Shown in pieces: positions 24,556 through 37,522 of a stretch of DNA of 64,000 nucleotides (positions are counted from its first letter, which is position 1; each line of letters starts with the position of its first letter). The notes under the pieces were generated by a model. It saw only the letters and a list, made by a program, of their open reading frames with translations, was not told the origin of the DNA and searched no databases. The position numbers were made by a program, and so were the translations under genes. Source of the stretch: Neodothiora populina (Eukaryota); NCBI RefSeq assembly GCF_041146345.1, contig NW_027191419.1, forward strand, positions 620,001 to 684,000. Reading direction: 5' to 3'.

Positions 24556-27173
24556 TGTATGGATGTCAAGCAATGCTTTTGTGAAAGTGTGTTGACAAGA
24601 GATGAATTGATATGAATCAACAGTCTCAAGAGATCCTTGTTTGTGGGATCCGACAATGATATTATATGGCGGGATAGTCGAGACCTTATCAATGCCAACA
24701 GACTCTAAGCATCTAGAGGCAAGATGTCGCGATCAGGGATGAGTAGAGTTGCAGCTGTGGAAACCAGGCTTTTTAACTCCGATCCTAATGCACGGCACCG
24801 GGTCTCGAAACGGTCGCACAGCAGCTCTAGGCGTTGCGCCTCGTTGAGAAAACGAATCAAACCGTTCAGGCACACCGAGAATACCACAACGGCCGTTGTC
24901 GAAATTGTTTCTTTTCTTGTCTTTTTGTCTTTGGGGCAGCGGTAGGAGGAGCAGGACTTCCAATCTATTTTTCTCAGGCGAGCAAATCCGCAGGTGTGCA
25001 GATTGCTGAATATAAGACAAAACATTCCCACGCCAGGATGGTAATCAAACCAAACTTGGAAATCTCAGATCCAGATCTGCCGGCTGCAATCGAGGGTGAT
25101 CTCCCCTATCCTGCCCAGGGCTGGGGTGGGGGGCACGGTGCGAGAGGGCCGCAGCGCAATCTATAGGCTTTTTAGGACAAGGTGGAGGAACTCATTAAGG
25201 CCTTAGCTTTGGGAGCTACAGGCTCGGACAAGCCCAGCGCCAGCCAATGGAGTACGAATGCGGCACCGATGGATCGCGGTCCGGTTTAGACTAAGGCTGT
25301 GAACCACTGTTGTTTTAGCTCATGCGATCATCGTCTATCAAATAGTAATCATGTCAATCTATCGGAGAGAGAGGGAGGTGTCGTAATTTGACAGGAGATG
25401 CTACCCATACAGCATCTTACCACACACCACGCTCAGACAGACATGACGATTGTAGCTGCGAAGATGAGGCAGCTCGTGCTCAGCCTCCGAGGGCCGAATC
25501 AAATTAATCTAGACGTCGCTTCTTTTACTTGAATAGAGGAAGTGGATGGGGGGATCTGCCACAAGTACAGATCCTTCGACGATCACATAGCAACAAGACC
25601 TCCCTTGCTTCACGCGCCGAAGTGTACGAGGTGTGCGGGATAGACAAGCCAGTCTACGGCACGAAATAGCGGAGACTATGTGCAAGCATGCATATATGCA
25701 TGCAACACCCAGCCACTCGCGTCAAATCTCCGCTCCCTCGGCGACAAGCGACACGCGAGGGAGATCCATGCAAGTTACCCGCGAGTCAAGCCAAAACTTG
25801 GTTTGCAGCTAGAATGGATTGCGCACTTGCTATGTTCGTAAAGTGCGTGTGTGCCTGGCCTAAGGTACGAAAGCATCCCAGCCCTCGAATCTGCGGTTTT
25901 GGCCCTCGCTAAAGCCAAGTCTATTTCCCTTCGATCTCTACAATCAATCGGAGTGCCTACTTTCCTGCTTTTTGCCTATAAGTGCGTTTCATATTGCAGA
26001 AATCTCTCAATATGCAATTAGCCGATCAAGATTCCCACGATCGATACGTGGCACTTTTTGTGTATTCTCTTGTGAAATTTTGTTTTGGAGATAATGGAGC
26101 GAGCGTGACATGTAGCCATCGAAAGCGACCGCCAGTCTTGTCCGCACAAGAAACCATAACTCCAATGGACTGACATCTGTCCGTTGGCGGGTCAATAAGC
26201 GCCAGGGGTAAAAAGAGGTGAGTGAGTGGGGATTGTCCCTGTCCCGGGACGCAGGCTTGCTTGCATGCATGCATGGCATGGCAAAAAAAAAAAAGGTTTC
26301 ACTCAAATCGTCGCCCGCTGTGGAGTGTCCGTAGACTACTAGGATATCTTGGGAATAAGATCCGTCTATGGCGCTGTCGCGGCATACAATGAGGCGTGAT
26401 CAGGCCCGGCGCCGTCTCATTTGCACCATGTGTTAAAAAGAAGATCCACCCTTCCCCCCTTGCCCGGCGACCTTAGTACCTTGTTCAGAGTAGTAGATTC
26501 GCAAGTAGTGCATCTATCGATAATATATCGCCATCCTTGCCCGCCGCGCTGCGCGCCGCATCGCGCGTCCCGATAATCCGGTGCTGGTGGCGTGTGGCCT
26601 TGCCTAGCATCCCTTTTCGGTCAAACCCGATTTGTAGCTCGAGAGTGGATACAAATCGTCTTCATACGGGAGTGCCGAAGCGATGGGCCAAGCCTTTGCA
26701 GATCGTCAAGGACCGGTCACTACTACTCTGCTTTCTGTTTGCTGCATGAGGAGGCATTACTTTATATGAGATAACCGTACGCCTCGCAATCTATCGTGAT
26801 GTCGGTATTTGCATTTGCTTCACCCACTTTTCTATTTGGGTCTTTCTCGTGCAAGCTACGTATTTGGAAGAGGCAGCAGCAGCAGTAAAACCCAGTCGTC
26901 CGGTTTGCTGCGACTTGACTGCAGCGAATGCGAATGCACCGAAGGACATTGTGCAGCATGCACGATCCAGGTCGCTCCGCTTCTCCATGGCGCCAAAACT
27001 CCCGAGCAAATGCGTGCATGTAAATACAAATCAAGACGTAGGCCTTCCCGAAGATCAGATTATATGTTATCCAATATTATGCCACAGGGGTAAATAGAGC
27101 GGCGGCACTCCACATCCGTTCTTTCCTTTCCTCGCCATGTTGCATCAGCTTGAACATGGCACTCCAGACTCGG

Positions 27174-28239
27174 CTACTGGTCTTTCTTGGCCGGGAGACC
27201 CTGCTTGGCACGCTCTTCGAGATCGCCTTGCGCCAGCCATTTACTGGCTGCTTGTATCTGCACAATGTTGACCCCCTGTTTGAAGGCCATGACTGGGAAT
27301 GAGACAACAGTAAGGATCCAGGGAATGGTGCTGTCCATCTTGTTGGCACTGCATGGCATCTCGTCAGCATGAGCTCGATTTCGTGACAGCTACCAGCACA
27401 CTTACCGGGCCATCTCCATCGCACCTGCAGACCAGGGGCTCTCGAACAACGTCGAGGGGTTCGGCGGGATCGCTGGCGAGCCAGGAACCAAGGTCGAGGG
27501 TTCGGGCTGGAAGAGGGAAGGTGTAACGGTAGGTGAGGAGAAAGCGAGGAGGTAAAGGCCGATGAAGAACAACTCGTTCAGTGCGCAGCAGACGAACAGA
27601 ACATTCTGCATCTCGAATTATCAGCCAAGTCCAGTCCCGTCACTCTTTTACCTCTTCGAGACTCTATTTGCCCACTCACCCTGTTTGAATAGTAAAGATG
27701 CATGATCTTGCTTCTCTTCTCGTCGATGTTCTTGTGGCTCTGGCCACTACCGCCCATGGCAAGGGTCGCGTACATGTGCATGTAGTGACTGGTAAAGTCC
27801 AGACTGATCAGGAGCTGGAACCAAATGCTCCACCTGGGCTTAGCGGTAGACAAGAAGACCAGCAGACATGTTGTTGTACATCTGTCCGTGACCATGTCGA
27901 GAACTGCACCGAACTTTGTCGACTGGTTGTACTTGCGTGCTGCGTAGCCATCGAGGGCATCCAGGAGGCAGGACACGCTGTATAGGAAAGAACATCTACG
28001 GGGATGCACAGGCATGTAATAGAGGGACACGATGGCGAGAACGACACGCGCATAGCCTGATGAATAAATCGCGTATTAGTTTTCTTTTCTTTTCCCCCTT
28101 TTCATCTAGCTCCTCCTGTAGGTGTGTGTTGCCTACCGATAAGGTTGGGCACGAAGAGGAAGATGTTCTCCTTTGGTCCAGTGGCCTTTGGCGCCGTCGT
28201 GATCCCATTGGTCTTCTGTAACCGTACGTTTTCCGCCAT
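27174..28239 (-). CDS. pis1: CDP-diacylglycerol--inositol 3-phosphatidyltransferase
   Basis: ENIFLFVPNLIGYAR and the CDP-alcohol phosphotransferase signature DALDGYAARKYNQSTKFGAVLDMVTDR. Exons 28239-28137, 28056-27680, 27605-27406, 27348-27174. Confidence 0.96.
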
Positions 28240-29443
28240 GTTCTGGGTTTGTCTGGAGCTTGTGGTTGTCGAGGGTGACTTTTCGTGCTGCTGAGCAAGC
28301 GATAGACTACGGTAGAGTCACGATCGCAACTCGGAACCGGGCGGAAGCAAATCGGTGGGTGTCCTTTTCTTGCAAGTATGTCGCCTGAGTTCTACAGTGA
28401 GCGCCTGCACTTGGATCGGGTTGAGGACTGAAGTTGAAGAGATGGGGAATGATGCACGGGGCAAGGCAGAAGCTGTGAGTTGGGGATTTCTCGATAACAG
28501 AAGCAGCAGCAGCAGCTCGGGAGATAACGCGTGACGTGCAGCCGTGATTTTATTTTCTCGCAATCAAGGCGTGTTGCAAAGTTGGCAGAGATAAGATAGA
28601 ACAGTACAGTAGTCTGGCAGATCTGAGCTACTTATACTTGACTTGCGATAAGACCATCAGTACAAGTCTATTGCACTACTGTTTCTACAATTACTCGCTT
28701 GACGACGTGTCCCTGAATATAATATTATTTCGGCGGGCACGGGGAAGACTTCTCGGCTTATCGGCTCGTCATGTCCTGGCGCTGCTTCCGAGACCACCTT
28801 ATATTTACCTCAGGCATCGTTTTAGACAAGCCCGTTTCCACTCCTCCAACCATCAGCACCGCCAATAGTCTTCGATCATTGATTTGCCCGCGATATCCTG
28901 GGCTTCGATTGCATTATTCTCGACGCTCCTTTCCTCATTGCAGCTGTTCTATCGCTCTATGACCTTCAAGAATACGCCACACCCACTTATAGCTGAAGTG
29001 TACGCATGAAATCCTTCGCACGGCAGGTACTTCAGACATGTCTTATCTAGGTGCCTTATCCAGCAGTTCAAAGAACACCTCAAGCGCTGAGAGGGCATAG
29101 TATCATGGTACAAGGTTGGCAAACCTAGTCTATGATTCATATATACGTCAATATTTGCATTAATCGTATTTTATGGACACCACCCCTAATGTTTACTCTT
29201 TTTGGAATGATCCCTGGCTCAAGCAAGCGATGACTTGCGAGCGTCCGTGACAGACCATTACGCCGAGCTGTATTTATTCCCTTGAGGTACCTTCGAAGGT
29301 CGGGCAACCAGGCTGAGAAGCCGCGCTATCATGGAAGCATTCATGTGATATTGCCCTCCGCCCTGATGACTCCTGTGCAGCGCAGTCGCGCCGTCTCACA
29401 GGCGAAGTAGAAATAAAAACTCGTACAAGAAGCTGTCCCAATC

Positions 29444-32400
29444 CTAGTGGGAGTCAGCTGCAAGTCCAAGCCGGTATCCCTTGTGCACGCTTCCCGAAAA
29501 TCGGCCTGTACCTCCCGGCAAACAACCATCATACTCGGCCTCTTCGGTCTTCTTGACATTGTCCCAGCCCATCCTCATCCCCCAGGCAAAGAGCAGTGCG
29601 TTCTGTTCGCGCTCCAACATGTGCTGCACTATGCGACCCAAGTACCTGTCGGTGCTGCTGAGCATCGCCGACTGTAGAGCGCTGCGGCGACGCATGAAAT
29701 ATGTGGACGTGAAGCGTTGACTCATCATTCCCTCGAAAGCTGTCTGGTCGAAGGGTGCGTTCTGAAGCAAGACGTATCCGCATGAATTGAACGCGATGGA
29801 ATGAAGCTTCGTCCTGCCCTGTGGCGCCGCTGTGTCGAATTCTTCTGACGGCCGATACATCTTCAATGTCGGCCCAGGGCTTATCTGGTCGATCACGTCC
29901 ACCCACGACCCTTCCTGATGTCCTTCATACCACTGTGGGCTTCCTTCAGGATCTTGACCAGGCAAAAGCGGTACGACCGTCGCAGCAGCTGGACCGCCAC
30001 CACCACCTGCCGTCTGATGTAGCTCCTGCCTACCCAGACCCTGCCAGTCTTGTCTCCGATTTGAACCAACGATCCCAGTCGTATCTCGTCGACCTGGCCA
30101 GAAGCCACCAGGAACACCACCACCGAGGACTCTACCGCCAGCGAGCATACCGAGAGTCTGCGCAATCTGACCTAATGTCATGCCGGCTGGGTGATTGGAC
30201 CACATACGACCAAGTTGATTGTTATGGATTCCGTTTTGTGTCATCATGTGTTGCATCTGTTGTAGCATAGTCTGAGCCCAGACAGGGTGAGGCTGCCCTT
30301 CTTGAGGACCTTGCCAGAAGAGAGCGGCGAACTGTTGTGCGGCTGCAGGAGTATGCACATACGGCTGGGCAAGCGTCACGCCAGGCTGGAAGCCCCATAA
30401 AGGTAGCCAAGCAGCTTGTCCGTAGACAGCATTCTGATTGCCTCCGTTAGCTACAGTGAACCTTGGATGTGCGGTTAGTGAGACTGAATCGAATGTGATT
30501 CCCTTGACTGCAGCAGTCTTGAGATTCTTGACGAAATTGACAAGCGATGGAGGCGAAAGCCAGCAGTTCGATAAGGTAAGATGCTCCACGTGTGCTAGTG
30601 TCAGCATATCCTGATCATTCTCAGTAAATTGCACGGTACTCGGCAGTAGTGTGATAGGTGCAGGTAGTATGTGATTGTTTCTTCCATAGCAGCCTTCCTC
30701 GTGCTCGCCACCCGCTGCCCAGCCAAAGTTGATCTTTTTGATTGAACGTCTGATTCCAATGTAGTCCTTGAGCAGCGTGTAGAATGCATAGTGTGCCTTT
30801 GAAGGTTTGACATCAACAGTCTCCACAAACCCAGCTTCATCTTGCTCAATGGTACGCCAGTCTGGGGTGACAGCTACAGTCAAGTCACCTAGACTGGGTA
30901 GAGCTCCCCAAAAGTCGTGCCTGTAGAGTAGCGGTACGTGGCGACTAGATATTCGAGCCAGATTAAGGGTTGTGACGTTGCTGAAAACAGGACCGTTGTC
31001 GACAATAGCAAGCATATATGATATCAGAAAGGCCTTCTGAGCCCACTCAGCTTCGAGTAGCCATTCTTTCTGGTGCTTATCAAGATTTGCTGGTGCAAAT
31101 GGCTTGTTGACTCTGGTCCCAGAATCGGCCTCGGCTAGACAGTTTGCAAACATGTCGGGAGAAACAAGTCTCGTCTCAACGTCCTCGATGAAGGGAGGCG
31201 GAGAGCCTAGAGGCTCATGCCTATCGACTTTGACGTAGAGAAGTCCAGTCGGTGGCTTGTGGTTTGCATCGTCTGAGCCGGGACCATCATTATCCATCGA
31301 GTCAAGTATTTTGGGATCCAGATTGGCCCACATGTTTGTGTTTTGGTACGCATTTTCAGACAAGGCTTGTATGTTGCTCGGACTACTAGCGAGCCCACAG
31401 AACTGAAGACGGCCTTCTATCAGCTCGTCTGCTTTTCCGACGTTTGAGTAAGAAGAATCGAGAATGTCCCAGAGGTATTCTCGTTGCTTTTGCTGGGCAC
31501 TGAGCACTCCGTGAGAAGAATCGCCAAACACCGGCGGGTCTCGTTGCAAGATCCGGCTTCGCATTGATTTGTCAGGGCCCGACATCCAGCCCAGACCAGA
31601 ATCCAGGGACAGTGCCAGGTGTCGAACTTCATGTAAGTATGAAAAGGCCAACTTCATCTGTGATGTCTCATCGGCCGTGCGTTCAAGACCCGCGAGTTTC
31701 TCGAACCGCGTGTATTCGGTAGTGGGCCAGTCGTAAGATCCGAAATAGCTGTTGAGCTGGTCCAACGCCTTTTTCTGGGGAGGGTTGGATAAGGAATCCT
31801 CTCTGATTTCGAAACTCATGCCAAATCTTCTGATATGAGAGCCGAATCCCTCGAATACACGCAATCCATGGCCTTTATACACTTTATCCTCTGCATCCTC
31901 CCTTGCGTTCTTCCAGTGCAACTTCATGTTAGCAAAGGAGCTTCCCTGATCATCTACACTACCCTTCCCATCCAGATCACGCTTGATGCACCTATCTTGC
32001 TCGATCATCTCGTATAGCTCTGTATTGAATGGCACTACAACAGTGTTGAACAGGGAATGTGAAACGCCCCGTTCAAATTCTTTACTGACCAGTCGCATTG
32101 ATTTGATATCGTCGCGAGACAGATGCTGTGTGATAGCTTCGAACAACTCCACAGGCAATTCGCCAGGCACCCAACGTGCTCGGGACGCACTGCTTAATCG
32201 CAGCTCCATGGAAGTTGCATGGTCAGGGTGAACAGTATAATTCGGAGAAGAGGTTGTTGATCTGCTAGTATGTGCGTTAGATTCGCGCTTGAGAGGAAGG
32301 CATCGTGCCGACTTGATCACGGAAGGTGCCCCGCCTTGTGGCTTGGTTGATTCGAGATCTTGAATATCGTAAAGGAACAACACTGGTGGTACATTGAAGC

Positions 32401-32881
32401 GCTGTGTTATTCTTCGTCGTAGTGTTCTAGGGATGTTACGAGGTCCTTGCCCTATTGAATTATTGACAGCCGCTGCAGAAGCATGATCTGTGGCTGCTAA
32501 TGGCGTATGCTGATGCGCTTCGTATAGATCTTCATCATCAGAATCGACATTGTGGTCAGATGGATCATAGTGTCGCCCAAAGGCACTATCCATTGATTCT
32601 AAAACTAAGTGGTCTTCGGGCATGATGGCGTCCAGAGGAATGGACGGCCGGCTGTAAGAACCTGCATCATGTACGGCTATCGGAGGTGCTGAGTGTTGGT
32701 GCTCTGCACGGGACTCTGCATCGACACCGGCAACATATAGAGTCGGTCGGGCAGGATCCATCTCAGGACTGGATGTGACCTGTGTATGTCTGTCGGAATT
32801 GCTGTCGGAGACCGAACCAGCTATATCAAGGCGGCGTCGTCGACGAGGTCGCTGATTGATCTCTCTTGTTGGAGAAGACAT
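29444..32881 (-). CDS. F-box protein with dispersed LRR-like segments
   Basis: Single long ORF with F-box motif LPVELFEAITQHLSRDDIKSMRLVSKEF (about 32070-32160) and LxxLxL-type segments (VRHLALSL, VTTLNLARI, VEHLTLSNCWL). Start taken at MSSPTRE; another ATG lies at 32890. Confidence 0.85.
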   Translation of the reverse strand: MSSPTREINQRPRRRRRLDIAGSVSDSNSDRHTQVTSSPEMDPARPTLYVAGVDAESRAEHQHSAPPIAVHDAGSYSRPSIPLDAIMPEDHLVLESMDSAFGRHYDPSDHNVDSDDEDLYEAHQHTPLAATDHASAAAVNNSIGQGPRNIPRTLRRRITQRFNVPPVLFLYDIQDLESTKPQGGAPSVIKSARCLPLKRESNAHTSRSTTSSPNYTVHPDHATSMELRLSSASRARWVPGELPVELFEAITQHLSRDDIKSMRLVSKEFERGVSHSLFNTVVVPFNTELYEMIEQDRCIKRDLDGKGSVDDQGSSFANMKLHWKNAREDAEDKVYKGHGLRVFEGFGSHIRRFGMSFEIREDSLSNPPQKKALDQLNSYFGSYDWPTTEYTRFEKLAGLERTADETSQMKLAFSYLHEVRHLALSLDSGLGWMSGPDKSMRSRILQRDPPVFGDSSHGVLSAQQKQREYLWDILDSSYSNVGKADELIEGRLQFCGLASSPSNIQALSENAYQNTNMWANLDPKILDSMDNDGPGSDDANHKPPTGLLYVKVDRHEPLGSPPPFIEDVETRLVSPDMFANCLAEADSGTRVNKPFAPANLDKHQKEWLLEAEWAQKAFLISYMLAIVDNGPVFSNVTTLNLARISSRHVPLLYRHDFWGALPSLGDLTVAVTPDWRTIEQDEAGFVETVDVKPSKAHYAFYTLLKDYIGIRRSIKKINFGWAAGGEHEEGCYGRNNHILPAPITLLPSTVQFTENDQDMLTLAHVEHLTLSNCWLSPPSLVNFVKNLKTAAVKGITFDSVSLTAHPRFTVANGGNQNAVYGQAAWLPLWGFQPGVTLAQPYVHTPAAAQQFAALFWQGPQEGQPHPVWAQTMLQQMQHMMTQNGIHNNQLGRMWSNHPAGMTLGQIAQTLGMLAGGRVLGGGVPGGFWPGRRDTTGIVGSNRRQDWQGLGRQELHQTAGGGGGPAAATVVPLLPGQDPEGSPQWYEGHQEGSWVDVIDQISPGPTLKMYRPSEEFDTAAPQGRTKLHSIAFNSCGYVLLQNAPFDQTAFEGMMSQRFTSTYFMRRRSALQSAMLSSTDRYLGRIVQHMLEREQNALLFAWGMRMGWDNVKKTEEAEYDGCLPGGTGRFSGSVHKGYRLGLAADSH

Positions 32882-33748
32882 AGCGCACATCAATATATTG
32901 CGAGACGGTGAAAGTAAACAAAGCAGAGTCCACTCCACGGAAACATCAAGTGAAAGTGACAGGGGAACGAGTGCGATGCTATCTGAAAGGGTGAAGCAGA
33001 TTCAAAGCTCTCAAGGAAATGGCGAGTAATTGTGGTTATGCGGGGGGACTACGTGCAGGTCGAGGCTTGCGCGGTCCGTCAGGAAGGGAATCTACATGAC
33101 AGTGTGGCCGCTCATCTCAGTATCATTCCCAGCTCATCTATGCTGAGGTTTGTTATATTGTAGTCTCGCGTAGAGCAGTGGTATATAATCTTGAGTGAGA
33201 GGCTGTCGTTCCCCGCAGCGGCGTGTACAACTTGGGGCAAAGCCCGCTGGAACAGCAGTTCGCCCCCACCAAGCAATCTTGGCATGCATATTAGTGAACT
33301 GCATGCTTCTGACGTTACGAGATAAACCCTCCGATCCTCGTTCTCAGCAGCTTGTATAGCGATTTTGTGAGAAGCAAGAGCTATTCTCTGATGCCAGGGG
33401 TCACGATTTCTGACACCCTCTGTGGTAGCAGATCCATGAACCTCAGAGACCATGGGTGTACATCTTCCATCTCAGACGTTCCATACGCATTTTTAGACGA
33501 ATTCATGCTAGCGTCTGAATCAAGAGTCCACAGGGATCTCACAAGTCATGTCGCAGTATCGCGTTACAGAACGATATGTCGCCTCGAGTCGCTCGTGTTA
33601 TACATACAAGTTTGCATTTTGCCGTAATCTATCTATGTCTCATTCGTGAATGGCAAGTCATCCTTTCCCAATAACGCCTTTCGGATATTATCCATTAGAA
33701 GGAGGGTATCATAATCGTCATCAGTAATTAAAAGCGCCTGTAGAAATA

Positions 33749-35043
33749 TTACGAGGCGGCGGAATAGACCCTGAAGTCGGCCCATTCCCAATAGGCTTCG
33801 CTGAACGCAGTGGCATTGGATGTCACATACTCCTCACACGTGCCGGGGCAACCGTACTGCTCAGAGTACACACCAGTCGAGCCTGCCCAGGAACCGCAGA
33901 GATCAATGTTGGCAATGATCGACTGGTTCCTGAAATGAGAGCTGATGTCGCAGTCTGTGCTGGGGAAATCTGCCAAAGGCATACCCCAGGTGGTGGGATC
34001 TGGAGAGGAGTCGTTGCCACTTGCAATATCACCAGGAGTGTTGGTGCGGTTGAAGAACCAGACTCGGATTCCTGCGTCTCTCAACTCCATAGCGAAAATC
34101 TTCAGACTCCAGTCAGCATACATTTCGGACAGCGTACATTAATGAGGTAATGCTTACCCCGCCACCGTTCTTGTTGAGGGCTTCACCATACGTCTCTGGA
34201 GCTCCTTGCACACCACATCCAGCATTGTCGTCGGTGCCGTTCCAACAGTTGTTAGCGAGTACGCCACCATACTGCTCACGCTTGACGTCCATGGTGCATC
34301 CCTTCTTGGTGTGCAAAGTGGATTGAGCACCTGTGTTGCCCTGCTCGACTGCTTCAACGACATCGATTTCACCTATAGTACAGTATTAGAAGATATGTGA
34401 TAACGGACTTGATATTCCAAGGACCTACCGTTCTCGGGCCAGTAAGTAGGGTCTGCAAGCCATAGGGCGGGCCAAGTGGAGCATCCGTAAGGCGAGTGAA
34501 TGACGTCGAAAACAAAGAGTCCAGTGTGGTACTGCTTCTTCGAGACAATTCGCACAGAGTAGCGTCCAGTGTTTGCGTTCTGGTCGGTTGTGTCCACTTT
34601 GAGCACCGCTGACGTCGACGTGGCATATGTCAGATTGTACTGCGATGAATTTGCAGTTGCTTGAGGAACATAGCTGCATCACGTTTAGTCAGGAACATTG
34701 GTACCTCTCGAGAGCTTCTGAAGACAACTTACTGCACGAATCCTTGAGCAGGGTCATAGTCATGGAAGTAGTCGAAGTTGTCGAAAAATTCCTCTCCTTC
34801 GTAGCGGTCCTCGATTGAATAGACTAATCTGCTGTAGTTGGGATAGGCATGCTTCTTCGTGCCAACGACTGCCCCGACGATAATTCCAACGATGATTCCG
34901 ATGACAAGTGCCACTCCTAGCAGTTTGCCCCACAATGGCCATCCTAATGGGTTCCATTTCGATCTTGCTGCAGCAGGCGCATTTGTAGTGACAGCAGTGT
35001 ACTCGGGAGGACTGCCTGAGGGGAAAGCCTTGTTCTCGTGCAT
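33749..35043 (-). CDS. Glycoside hydrolase family 16 endo-1,3(4)-beta-glucanase-like, type II membrane-anchored
   Basis: Exons 35043-34733, 34673-34429, 34372-34158, 34099-33749. Motifs DPAQGFVHYV, GRYSVRIVSK, PYGCSTWPALW, catalytic GEIDVVE, NIDLCGSWAG; single N-terminal TM helix LLGVALVIGIIVGIIVGAVVG. Confidence 0.93.
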
Positions 35044-37522
35044 TTTTTGCTTATGATTGTAGCGACAGACTATAATTGCTTTGATGACTGAAGGGTGGAT
35101 ATGGCCCTTGGAAAACAGTATGAGGAAGAGAAAAACAAAGGCTGACACAGGGAAATCCTTCTCTGGGAACAGGCGATAAATAAGGAAGGCACACGATCAC
35201 CGACTTACCCTGTATTATCTGCATCTTACATGCGTTGGGGGGCAGCAAATCGTTATTAACCCAGAGAAAACAGCAGGTTCTCGAGAACGTTGCTTATGAC
35301 GCGTCCTCTCGCAAGCACACATGTCTAGGAGTGGTGCAGATACATCACTCTGTTGAGCAATTCGAGACGGCAGGCCGCGCACGCGGCGTTTGCAAAGCTT
35401 TACGTCTCCAGTTTTTCTCGGGTTCAACATAGCAACGACATGGGTGTTGCATGTAGATCTCCCACTACGATAAGGCGTTTCTATTTTCGACGCTCTGCAT
35501 GCTCGTATGACTAGTCTCGAGTTGACATTTTCACGAGCTGTGGGAGACTTGATGGGGTTCCTGGGAGTCCCCGTCCTATTAATACGGTGGTCGCTGGCAG
35601 CTGTGCAGTCAGCGCACCCACATTCAAAGGCCAAGACTGACGTCGCAGCCCTTGGCACGAAATCGTGGCTTGGAGGATCAGTGAATCCGTACGTAAGTTA
35701 CAGGTAAGGTAAGCTACGGTATGTGCTACGTGTGCGGTGAAAACTTAAGGCACGACTCTGGCTTATACAATGGTCCGAGTTCTTTAGAGAAAGGCAGCGA
35801 GCGCCGCCAGTGCACGCGTTCGTATACGTATTGGAACGAGCACAGAAGCTTAGTGTCGAACAGGACAGTGGCAACGATCTTCCCCTCGCGTTCCTGAGTC
35901 GCAGCAACGCTCGGCCGAGAGCCGCCCTCTCAATCACGACTTTGAGAAGTTAGCGAAGCAAAGCTATCTGTCTGAGCATTAATACCAGGGCGCACCACGA
36001 CTCAGAATCTCCGTTTCACCACGTCAAGCATATGTCGCGTGCCGCAACTCCCTGTCGCTCTGGCTACTAGTAATCCCTGGTTTCATTAACCGCCCATTAA
36101 CTAATCTGTGCATCATGTTCACCAAAGACTGAGTATCTTGGCATTGCCTGAACGTAGTATTCAGTATCCTAGTAGAAGTGTCTCAGGGATCCTGGCAGCA
36201 GAAGTGATATGATTGTGTCGCCAAATGAGCTGTATTGATTAGGGTACATGCGAACAGCCGAAGGGTGCTTGCTAATGTGATAGGAAGTGTTGACGGGGTA
36301 ATGGATATCGCCCGCCTGTCTTTCGCTCAAGCTGATACCCGGAGCTCGTGGATAGTGTCACTTTTTTTCCTTGCCTCTGATCACGTACGTGCCCAGATGA
36401 GTTGCCAATTCAACTCCCCCGTGTTGCCGATATAAGATAGCTGCAGTCCTTGCAGTTGGCATCCAGAAAACATCTGAAGATAGGATATGTTATGGTAGAC
36501 TAGACCTATAAAGCGCACACACAGCTAACCCAGGGTCGATACCAATTCAGACCAGAGAGTTAAGCACAACGGGTGCCCAGCGACGATGCTTAAAGGCCAG
36601 AGAGGTTGGCATGCTTTCATATTAATCGACACCAAGTGAATATCGAGAGCACATTCATGCGCCAGTATATCTCGCAGCTATGAAGCATCTACTGTACGAC
36701 GATGTGCTTGTATGCCACGACTGTACTGCGTCCCGAATGATGTAATTCATGGCATAGTTGATAAGGTAATTTAAATTAATTGAGTGTTGATCATCGTACA
36801 GTACCGCTTGCAGCACTGTGTTTGCACTCACTTCTGGGTGTCAAGGAGACAAGCGCATGTTGACCAATCACGTGCGAGAATGTCATTGCGATTGTTCCTC
36901 GCTACTAGATATATTGACGTAAAGAAACCGAGCCCCCCGTAGCTAGACGTGTGATGGTTGACATACATTTGCACACAGAACAAGAGAATGCATCTACAGC
37001 ACGATTCTGTGTCTGGGGTGGTCCTCAAATGATAATTAGCGATGGCCAAGTCCGAGATAAGAGCGTCAGACCTCGGCATCAGCTCTTATCTCGTGTTTCT
37101 GGACTGATTGCGCTTGAGTTTATAAACAGGAGATCCCAAGTCTCTCTTTGTGGGTGATGCATTTTTGGACTTCTTGCGACTCCACTTGAGGCACGATATC
37201 CTGAATAGCTGAATAGTCACAAAAAGCTCCGGTGAGTGCTGCAAGTGATCCTTTGGTGGAATAGATAGTGGATCGCCGAGTCAGCAGTTGTGAGAGGCGC
37301 TGGACATCCGAGTAGACCACCATCTCACAGACCAGATCCTGGCTCTCGAGGTTTCTTCCCTTCGTATCACGCACATGAGTTCTTCAAGAAATAGTGATAT
37401 GTCACTTGATCTTCTGGATATTGTTGTCTCCGTGTTCCGATCGTCACGATGCATCACGATAAGGCCATTTTACTGATAAGCTTGCGTCAGATAAAGTCAG
37501 CGACTGACCAAGTACCACTACA

